The notes beneath the pieces are model-generated. The model saw only the letters and a program-made list of their open reading frames with translations, did not search any database and had not been told where the DNA came from. Position numbers and translations under genes: made by a program. Source: Lingula anatina (lineage: Eukaryota; Animalia; Brachiopoda). From it: a stretch of 64,000 bases of DNA. The DNA lies in NCBI GenBank assembly GCA_051362555.1, contig CM120641.1:23876401-23940400 (forward strand), read 5' to 3'. Each line of letters starts with the position of its first letter. The stretch's first letter is position 1. Positions 53,930 to 64,000 of the stretch are shown here, piece after piece.

Positions 53930-56900
53930 CTTCCTTAATAATGATACAACCACTCTTTCAGTACTTTACCCTCACTACAAATGACCAAACACACCTACCT
54001 GACACAATATTGAAGAAAAAAAATTTTCATCCCTACCTGGCCAAAATTGAAGAAAACTGCCATATCCGGACCTTACGAAAATCACTCAAAATCACCCAAA
54101 AATGACCCGTCACAAATTTTTCCAAAAAGTGATGAAAATCAATTTACCACACCTATCATTCATAAAAAATGTGGAAACGCGCCCGGATCACTACATTAAA
54201 GCCTCCAATTTCAGCTTTAAAGATTGCAAGAAAGCACACCTGAGAACAGGATTTGGAGAGGGGGGGGTGGAGAAAGATTTTGCTCTATTTCTTCCTTAAT
54301 AATGATACAACCACTCTTTCAGTACCTTACCCTCACTACAAATGACCAAACACACCTACCTGACACAATATTGAAGAAAAAAATTTTTCATCCCTACCTG
54401 GCCAAAATTGAAGAAAACTGCCAAACCCGGACCTTACGAAAATCACTCAAAATCACCCAAAAATGACCCGTCACAAATTTTTCCAAAATGAAAATCAATT
54501 TACCATACCTATCATTCATAAAAAATGTGGAAATGCGCCCGGATCACTACATTAAAGCCCCCAATTTCAGCTTTAAAGATTGCAAGAAAGCACACCTGAG
54601 AACAGGATTTGGAGAGGGGGGGTGGAGAGAGTTTTTGCTCTATTTCTTCCTTAATAATGATACAACCACTCTTTCAGTACTTTACCCTCACTACAAATGA
54701 CCAAACACACCTACCTGACACAATATTGAAGAAAAAAATTTTCATCCCTACCTGGCCAAAATTGAAGAAAACTGCCATATCCGGACCTTACGAAAATCAC
54801 TCAAAATCAACCAAAAATGACCCGTCACCAATTTTTCCAAAAAGTGATGAAAATCAATTTACCACACCTATCATTCATAAAAAATGTGGAAACGTGCCCA
54901 GATCACTACATTAAAGCCCCCAATTTCAGCTTTAAAGATTGCCAGAAAGCACACCTGAGAACAATATTTGGAGAGGGGGGGGGTGGAGAAAGATTTTGCT
55001 CTATTTCTTCCTTAATAATGATACAACCACTCTTTCAGTACCTTACCCTCACTACAAATGACCAAACACACCTACCTGACACAATATTGAAGAAAAAAAA
55101 TTTTCATCCCTACCTGGCCAAAATTGAAGAAAACTGCCATATCCGGACCTTACGAAAATCACTCAAATTCACCCAAAAATGACCCTTCACCAATTTTTCC
55201 AAAAAGTGATGAAAATCAATTTACCACACCTATCATTCATAAAAAATGTGGAAACGCGCCCGGATCACTACATTAAAGCCCCCAATTTCAGCTTTAAAGA
55301 TTGCAAGAAAGCACACCTGAGAACAGGATTTGGAGAGGGGGGGTGGAGAGAGTTTTTGCTCTATTTCTTCCTTAATAATGATACAACCACTCTTTCAGTA
55401 CTTTACCCTCACTACAAATGACCAAACACACCTACCTGACACAATATTGAAGAAAAAAATTTTCATCCCTACCTGGCCAAAATTGAAGAAAACTGCCATA
55501 TCCGGACCTTACGAAAATCACTCAAAATCAACCAAAAATGACCCGTCACCAATTTTTCCAAAAAGTGATGAAAATCAATTTACCACACCTATCATTCATA
55601 AAAAATGTGGAAACGTGTCCAGATAACTTCATTAAAGCCCCCAATTTCAGCTTTAAAGATTGCCAGAAAGCACACCTGAGAACAGGATTTGGAGAGGGGG
55701 GGGTGGAGAAAGATTTTGCTCTATTTCTTCCTTAATAATGATACAACCACTCTTTCAGTACTTTACCCTCACTACAAATGACCAAACACACCTACCTGAC
55801 ACAATATTGAAGAAAAAAAATTTTCATCCCTACCTGGCCAAAATTGAAGAAAACTGCCATATCCGGACCTTACGAAAATCACTCAAAATCACCCAAAAAT
55901 GACCCGTCACAAATTTTTCCAAAAAGTGATGAAAATCAATTTACCACACCTATCATTCATAAAAAATGTGGAAACGCGCCCGGATCACTACATTAAAGCC
56001 TCCAATTTCAGCTTTAAAGATTGCAAGAAAGCACACCTGAGAACAGGATTTGGAGAGGGGGGGGTGGAGAAAGATTTTGCTCTATTTCTTCCTTAATAAT
56101 GATACAACCACTCTTTCAGTACCTTACCCTCACTACAAATGACCAAACACACCTACCTGACACAATATTGAAGAAAAAAATTTTTCATCCCTACCTGGCC
56201 AAAATTGAAGAAAACTGCCAAACCCGGACCTTACGAAAATCACTCAAAATCACCCAAAAATGACCCGTCACAAATTTTTCCAAAATGAAAATCAATTTAC
56301 CATACCTATCATTCATAAAAAATGTGGAAATGCGCCCGGATCACTACATTAAAGCCCCCAATTTCAGCTTTAAAGATTGCAAGAAAGCACACCTGAGAAC
56401 AGGATTTGGAGAGGGGGGGTGGAGAGAGTTTTTGCTCTATTTCTTCCTTAATAATGATACAACCACTCTTTCAGTACTTTACCCTCACTACAAATGACCA
56501 AACACACCTACCTGACACAATATTGAAGAAAAAAATTTTCATCCCTACCTGGCCAAAATTGAAGAAAACTGCCATATCCGGACCTTACGAAAATCACTCA
56601 AAATCAACCAAAAATGACCCGTCACCAATTTTTCCAAAAAGTGATGAAAATCAATTTACCACACCTATCATTCATAAAAAATGTGGAAACGTGCCCAGAT
56701 CACTACATTAAAGCCCCCAATTTCAGCTTTAAAGATTGCCAGAAAGCACACCTGAGAACAATATTTGGAGAGGGGGGGGGGTGGAGAAAGATTTTGCTCT
56801 ATTTCTTCCTTAATAATGATACAACCACTCTTTCAGTACCTTACCCTCACTACAAATGACCAAACACACCTACCTGACACAATATTGAAGAAAAAAAATT

Positions 56901-57530
56901 TTCATCCCTACCTGGCCAAAATTGAAGAAAACTGCCATATCCGGACCTTACGAAAATCACTCAAATTCACCCAAAAATGACCCTTCACCAATTTTTCCAA
57001 AAAGTGATGAAAATCAATTTACCACACCTATCATTCATAAAAAATGTGGAAACGCGCCCGGATCACTACATTAAAGCCCCCAATTTCAGCTTTAAAGATT
57101 GCAAGAAAGCACACCTGAGAACAGGATTTGGAGAGGGGGGGTGGAGAGAGTTTTTGCTCTATTTCTTCCTTAATAATGATACAACCACTCTTTCAGTACT
57201 TTACCCTCACTACAAATGACCAAACACACCTACCTGACACAATATTGAAGAAAAAAATTTTCATCCCTACCTGGCCAAAATTGAAGAAAACTGCCATATC
57301 CGGACCTTACGAAAATCACTCAAAATCAACCAAAAATGACCCGTCACCAATTTTTCCAAAAAGTGATGAAAATCAATTTACCACACCTATCATTCATAAA
57401 AAATGTGGAAACGTGTCCAGATAACTTCATTAAAGCCCCCAATTTCAGCTTTAAAGATTGCCAGAAAGCACACCTGAGAACAGGATTTGGAGAGGGGGGG
57501 GTGGAGAAAGATTTTGCTCTATTTCTTCCT
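53930..57530 (+). repeat. Recent tandem duplication of a 5-monomer block (~1797-bp period); ends approximate
   Basis: Monomers 54102/54463/54817/55179/55538 repeat at 55899/56260/56614/56977/57336. They share ACAATATTTG, GACCCTTCAC, GCCTCC, the 5-bp deletion and shortened A tracts. Confidence 0.92.
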
Positions 57531-57588
57531 TAATAATGATACAACCACTCTTTCAGTACCTTACCCTCACTACAAATGACCAAACACA

Positions 57589-57672
57589 CCTACCTGACAC
57601 AATATTGAAGAAAAAAATTTTTCATCCCTACCTGACACAATATTGAAGAAAAAAATTTTTCATCCCTACCTG
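57589..57672 (+). repeat. 38-bp tandem duplication inside a monomer (copy 4 of 4)
   Basis: CCTACCTG occurs three times at 38-bp spacing. Monomer 57336-57734 is 399 bp. Confidence 0.95.
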
Positions 57673-60600
57673 GCCAAAATTGAAGAAAACTGCCAAACCC
57701 GGACCTTACGAAAATCACTCAAAATCACCCAAAAATGACCCGTCACAAATTTTTCCAAAAAGTGATGAAAATCAATTTACCACACCTATCATTCATAAAA
57801 AATGTGGAAACGCACCCGGATCACTTCATTAAAGCCCCCAATTTCAGCTTTAAAGATTGCCAGAAAGCACACCTGAGAACAGGATTTGGAGAGTGGGGGG
57901 GTGGAGAGAGTTTTTGCTCTATTTCTTCCTTACTAATGATACAACCACTCTTTCAGTACTTTACCCTCACTACAAATGACCAAACACACCTACCTGACAC
58001 AATATTGAAGAAAAAAATTTTTCATCCCTACCTGGCCAAAATTGAAGAAAACTGCCATATCCGGACCTTACGAAAATCACTCAAATTCACCCAAAAATGA
58101 CCCGTCACCAATTTTTCCAAAAAGTGATGAAAATCAATTTACCACACCTATCATTCATAAAAAATGTGGAAACGCGCCCGGATCACTACATTAAAGCCCC
58201 CAATTTCAGCTTTAAAGATTGCAAGAAAGCACACCTGAGAACAGGATTTGGAGAGGGGGGGGTGGAGAGAGTTTTTGCTCTATTTCTTCCTTAATAATGA
58301 TACAACCACTCTTTCAGTACTTTACCCTCACTACAAATGACCAAACACACCTACCTGACACAATATTGAAGAAAAAAAATTTTCATCCCTACCTGGCCAA
58401 AATTGAAGAAAACTGCCATATCCGGACCTTACGAAAATCACTCAAAATCACCCAAAAATGACCCGTCACAAATTTTTCCAAAAAGTGATGAAAATCAATT
58501 TACCACACCTATCATTCATAAAAAATGTGGAAACGCGCCCAGATCACTTCATTAAAGCCCCCAATTTCAGCTTTAAAGATTGCCAGAAAGCACACCTGAG
58601 AACAGGATTTGGAGAGTGGGGGGGTGGAGAGAGTTTTTGCTCTATTTCTTCCTTACTAATGATACAACCACTCTTTCAGTACTTTACCCTCACTACAAAT
58701 GACCAAACACACCTACCTGACACAATATTGAAGAAAAACATTTTTCATCCCTACCTGGCCAAAATTGAAGAAAACTGCCATATCCGGACCTTACGAAAAT
58801 CACTCAAAATCACCCAAAAATGACCCGTCACAAATTTTTCCAAAAAGTTATGAAAATCAATTTACCACACCTATCATTCATAAAAAATGTGGAAACGCGC
58901 CCGGATCACTTCATTAAAGCCCCCAATTTCAGCTTTAAAGATTGCCAGAAAGCACACCTGAGAACAGGATTTGGAGAGGGGGGGGGGTGGAGAGAGTTTT
59001 TGCTCTATTTCTTCCTTAATAAAGATACAACCACTCTTTCAGTACTTTACCCTCACTACAAATGACCAAACACACCTACCTGACACAATATTGAAGAAAA
59101 AAATTTTTCATCCCTACCTGGCCAAAATTGAAGAAAACTGCCAAACCCGGACCTTACGAAAATCACTCAAAATCACCCAAAAATGACCCGTCACCAATTT
59201 TTCCAAAAAGTGATGAAAATCAATTTACCACACCTATCATTCATAAAAAATGTGGAAACGCACCCGGATCACTTCATTAAAGCCCCCAATTTCAGCTTTA
59301 AAGATTGCCAGAAAGCACACCTGAGAACAGGATTTGGAGAGTGGGGGGGTGGAGAGAGTTTTTGCTCTATTTCTTCCTTACTAATGATACAACCACTCTT
59401 TCAGTACTTTACCCTCACTACAAATGACGAAACACACCTACCTGACACAATATTGAAGAAAAAAATTTTTCATCCCTACCTGGCCAAAATTGAAGAAAAC
59501 TGCCATATCCGGACCTTACGAAAATCACTCAAATTCACCCAAAAATGACCCGTCACCAATTTTTCCAAAAAGTGATGAAAATCAATTTACCACACCTATC
59601 ATTCATAAAAAATGTGGAAACGCGCCCGGATCACTACATTAAAGCCCCCAATTTCAGCTTTAAAGATTGCAAGAAAGCACACCTGAGAACAGGATTTGGA
59701 GAGGGGGGGGTGGAGAGAGTTTTTGCTCTATTTCTTCCTTAATAATGATACAACCACTCTTTCAGTACTTTACCCTCACTACAAATGACCAAACACACCT
59801 ACCTGACACAATATTGAAGAAAAAAAATTTTCATCCCTACCTGGCCAAAATTGAAGAAAACTGCCATATCCGGACCTTACGAAAATCACTCAAAATCAAC
59901 CAAAAATGACCCGTCACCAATTTTTCCAAAAAGTGATGAAAATCAATTTACCACACCTATCATTCATAAAAAATGTGGAAACGTGCCCAGATAACTTCAT
60001 TAAAGCCCCCAATTTCAGCTTTAAAGATTGCCAGAAAGCACACCTGAGAACAGGATTTGGAGAGGGGGGGGGGTGGAGAAAGATTTTGCTCTATTTCTTC
60101 CTTAATAATGATACAACCACTCTTTCAGTACCTTACCCTCACTACAAATGACCAAACACACCTACCTGACACAATATTGAAGAAAAAAAATTTTCATCCC
60201 TACCTGGCCAAAATTGAAGAAAACTGCCATATCCGGACCTTACGAAAATCACTCAAATTCACCCAAAAATGACCCGTCACCAATTTTTCCAAAAAGTGAT
60301 GAAAATCAATTTACCACACCTATCATTCATAAAAAATGTGGAAACGCGCCCGGATCACTACATTAAAGCCCCCAATTTCAGCTTTAAAGATTGCAAGAAA
60401 GCACACCTGAGAACAGGATTTGGAGAGGGGGGGTGGAGAGAGTTTTTGCTCTATTTCTTCCTTAATAATGATACAACCACTCTTTCAGTACTTTACCCTC
60501 ACTACAAATGACCAAACACACCTACCTGACACAATATTGAAGAAAAAAAATTTTCATCCCTACCTGGCCAAAATTGAAGAAAACTGCCATATCCGGACCT

Positions 60601-63600
60601 TACGAAAATCACTCAAAATCACCCAAAATTGACCCGTCACCAATTTTTCCAAAAAGTGATGAAAATCAATTTACCACACCTATCATTCATAAAAAATGTG
60701 GAAACGTGCCCAGATAACTTCATTAAAGCCCCCAATTTCAGCTTTAAAGATTGCCAGAAAGCACACCTGAGAACAGGATTTGGAGAGGGGGGGGGGTGGA
60801 GAAAGATTTTTCTCTATTTCTTCCTTAATAATGATACAACCACTCTTTCAGTACCTTACCCTCACTACAAATGACCAAACACACCTACCTGACACAATAT
60901 TGAAGAAAAACATTTTTCATCCCTACCTGGCCAAAATTGAAGAAAACTGCCAAACCCGGACCTTACGAAAATCACTCAAAATCACCCAAAAATGACCCGT
61001 CACAAATTTTTCCAAAAAGTGATGAAAATCAATTAACCACACCTATCATTCATAAAAAATGTGGAAACGCGCCCGGATTACTACATTAAAGCCCCCAATT
61101 TAAGCTTTAAAGATTGCAAGAAAGCACACCTGAGAACAGGATTTGGAGAGGGGGGGGTGGAGAGAGTTTTTGCTCTATTTCTTCCTTAATAATGATACAA
61201 CCACTCTTTCAGTACTTTACCCTCACTACAAATGACCAAACACACCTACCTGACACAATATTGAAGAAAAAAAATTTTCATCCCTACCTGGCCAAAATTG
61301 AAGAAAACTGCCATATCCGGACCTTACGAAAATCACTCAAAATCACCCAAAAATGACCCGTCACAAATTTTTCCAAAAAGTGATGAAAATCAATTTACCA
61401 CACCTATCATTCATAAAAAATGTGGAAACGCGCCCGGATCACTTCATTAAAGCCCCCAATTTCAGCTTTAAAGATTGCCAGAAAGCACACCTGAGAACAG
61501 GATTTGGAGAGTGGGGGGGTGGAGAGAGTTTTTGCTCTATTTCTTCCTTACTAATGATACAACCACTCTTTCAGTACTTTACCCTCACTACAAATGACCA
61601 AACACACCTACCTGACACAATATTGAAGAAAAACATTTTTCATCCCTACCTGGCCAAAATTGAAGAAAACTGCCATATCCGGACCTTACGAAAATCACTC
61701 AAAATCAACCAAAAATGACCCGTCACCAATTTTTCCAAAAAGTGATGAAAATCAATTTACCACACCTATCATTCATAAAAAATGTGGAAACTTGCCCAGA
61801 TAACTTCATTAAAGCCCCCAATTTCAGCTTTAAAGATTGCCAGAAAGCACACCTGAGAACAGGATTTGGAGAGGGGGGGGTGGAGAAAGATTTTGCTCTA
61901 TTTCTTCCTTAATAATGATACAACCACTCTTTCAGTACCTTACCCTCATTACAAATGACCAAACACACCTACCTGACACAATATTTAAGAAAAAAATTTT
62001 TCATCCCTACCTGGCCAAAATTGAAGAAAACTGCCAAACCCGGACCTTACGAAAATCACTCAAAATCACCCAAAAATGACCCGTCACAAATTTTTCCAAA
62101 AAGTTATGAAAATCAATTAACCACACCTATCATTCATAAAAAATGTGGAAACGCGCCCGGATCACTACATTAAAGCCCCCAATTTCAGCTTTAAAGATTG
62201 CCAGAAAGCACACCTGAGAACAGGATTTGGAGAGTGGGGGGGTGGAGAGAGTTTTTGCTCTATTTCTTCCTTACTAATGATACAACCACTCTTTCAGTAC
62301 TTTACCCTCACTACAAATGACCAAACACACCTACCTGACACAATATTGAAGAAAAAAATTTTTCATCCCTACCTGGCCAAAATTGAAGAAAACTGCCAAA
62401 CCCGGACCTTACGAAAATCACTCAAAATCACCCAAAAATGACCCGTCACAAATTTTTCCAAAAAGTTATGAAAATCAATTAACCACACCTATCATTCATA
62501 AAAAATGTGGAAACGCGCCCGGATCACTACATTAAAGCCCCCAATTTCAGCTTTAAAGATTGCAAGAAAGCACAACTGAGAACAGGATTTGGAGAGGGGG
62601 GGGTGGAGAGTGTTTTTGCTCTATTTCTTCCTTAATAATGATACAACCACTCTTTCAGTACTTTACCCTCACTACAAATGACCAAACACACCTACCTGAC
62701 ACAATATTGAAGAAAAAAAATTTTCATCCCTACCTGGCCAAAATTGAAGAAAACTGCCATATCCGGACCTTACGAAAATCACTCAAAATCACCCAAAAAT
62801 GACCCGTCACAAATTTTTCCAAAAAGTGATGAAAATCAATTTACCACACCTATCATTCATAAAAAATGTGGAAACGCGCCCGGATCACTTTATTAAAGCC
62901 CCCAATTTCAGCTTTAAAGATTGCCAGAAAGCACACCTGAGAACAGGATTTGGAGAGTGGGGGGGTGGAGAGAGTTTTTGCTCTATTTCTTCCTTACTAA
63001 TGATACAACCACTCTTTCAGTACTTTACCCTCACTACAAATGACCAAACACACCTACCTGACACAATATTGAAGAAAAACATTTTTCATCCCTACCTGGC
63101 CAAAATTGAAGAAAACTGCCATATCCGGACCTTACGAAAATCACTCAAAATCAACCAAAAATGACCCGTCACCAATTTTTCCAAAAAGTGATGAAAATCA
63201 ATTTACCACACCTATCATTCATAAAAAATGTGGAAACTTGCCCAGATAACTTCATTAAAGCCCCTAATTTCAGCTTTAAAGATTGCCAGAAAGCACACCT
63301 GAGAACAGGATTTGGAGAGGGGGGGGGGTGGAGAAAGATTTTGCTCTATTTCTTCCTTAATAATGATACAACCACTCTTTCAGTACTTTACCCTCACTAC
63401 AAATGACCAAACACACCTACCTGACACAATATTGAAGAAAAAAATTTTTCATCCCTACCTGGCCAAAATTGAAGAAAACTGCCATATCCGGACCTTACGA
63501 AAATCACTCAAATTCACCCAAAAATGACCCGTCACCAATTTTTCCAAAAAGTGATGAAAATCAATTTACCACACCTATCATTCATAAAAAATGTGGAAAC

Positions 63601-64000
63601 GCGCCCGGATCACTACATTAAAGCCCCCAATTTCAGCTTTAAAGATTGCAAGAAAGCACACCTGAGAACAGGATTTGGAGAGGGGGGGTGGAGAGAGTTT
63701 TTGCTCTATTTCTTCCTTAATAATGATACAACCACTCTTTCAGTACTTTACCCTCACTACAAATGACCAAACACACCTACCTGACACAATATTGAAGAAA
63801 AATATTTTTCATCCCTACCTGGCCAAAATTGAAGAAAACTGCCATATCCGGACCTTACGAAAATCACTCAAAATCACCCAAAAATGACCCGTGACAAATT
63901 TTTCCAAAAAGTTATGAAAATCAATTTACCACACCTATCATTCATAAAAAATGTGGAAACGCGCCCGGATCCCTTCATTAAAGCCCCCAATTTCAGCTTT

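Larger units (their letters stand above)
1..64000. repeat. Tandem satellite DNA array, ~362-bp monomer (mostly 360-365 bp), ~177 head-to-tail copies, running off both window edges
   Basis: The same unit (ATGACCCGTCACCAATTTTTCC...GGAGAG(G)nTGGAGAGAG...CACTCAAAATCACCCAAAA) recurs at 256, 618, 980, 1343, 1705 ... 63524, 63884. Copies differ at only ~20 recurrent sites, in homopolymer length and by scattered rare SNPs/indels. I found no unique sequence and no inversion. Confidence 0.99.

Noticed and set aside
47-63887. The many ORFs in the track as a tandem protein-coding gene family
   Set aside because: They all derive from the same satellite frames. About two thirds of copies are frameshifted or carry nonsense alleles, variants are overwhelmingly non-synonymous, and there is no RBS, splice context or recognisable domain. 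Kept only as a low-probability finding.
1-64000. CRISPR array or repeat-spacer/cassette system (integron, DGR, shufflon)
   Set aside because: There are no unique spacers or cassettes. The whole unit repeats, and no cas, integrase, recombinase or reverse transcriptase gene is present.
1-64000. Rolling-circle, concatemer or collapsed-assembly artefact
   Set aside because: Monomers carry structured, linked, hierarchically shared variants and distinct indels, which is inconsistent with repeated reads of one template. Individual local duplications still need read support.
1-64000. Transposon or telomeric-repeat insertions
   Set aside because: I saw no non-satellite sequence, TIRs, LTRs, target-site duplications or telomere motif runs.

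Overview
All 64,000 bp form one uninterrupted, head-to-tail, single-orientation array of an AT-rich ~362-bp satellite monomer (about 177 copies), most plausibly eukaryotic centromeric/pericentromeric or other heterochromatic satellite DNA. I cannot assign it to a named family or species from sequence alone. I see no credible genes, RNA genes, transposon insertions or CRISPR array. The ORF track only repeats one monomer-length open frame, which is broken in about two thirds of copies. The array does have internal structure. There are 5-6 monomer classes in a recurring but irregular order (degenerate higher-order repeat), recent 3-mer and 5-mer tandem duplications, and dispersed multi-monomer blocks tagged by private variants. 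Recurrent indels are 11-bp and 5-bp deletions and a 38-bp duplication, plus one 155-bp deletion. Each monomer carries a hypervariable G tract in a purine mirror repeat, an old internal 38-bp-period duplication, phased A tracts, and a minus-strand CENP-B-box-like motif (TTCG-N7-CGGG/A) in class-specific allelic states. Transitions occur at all six CpGs.
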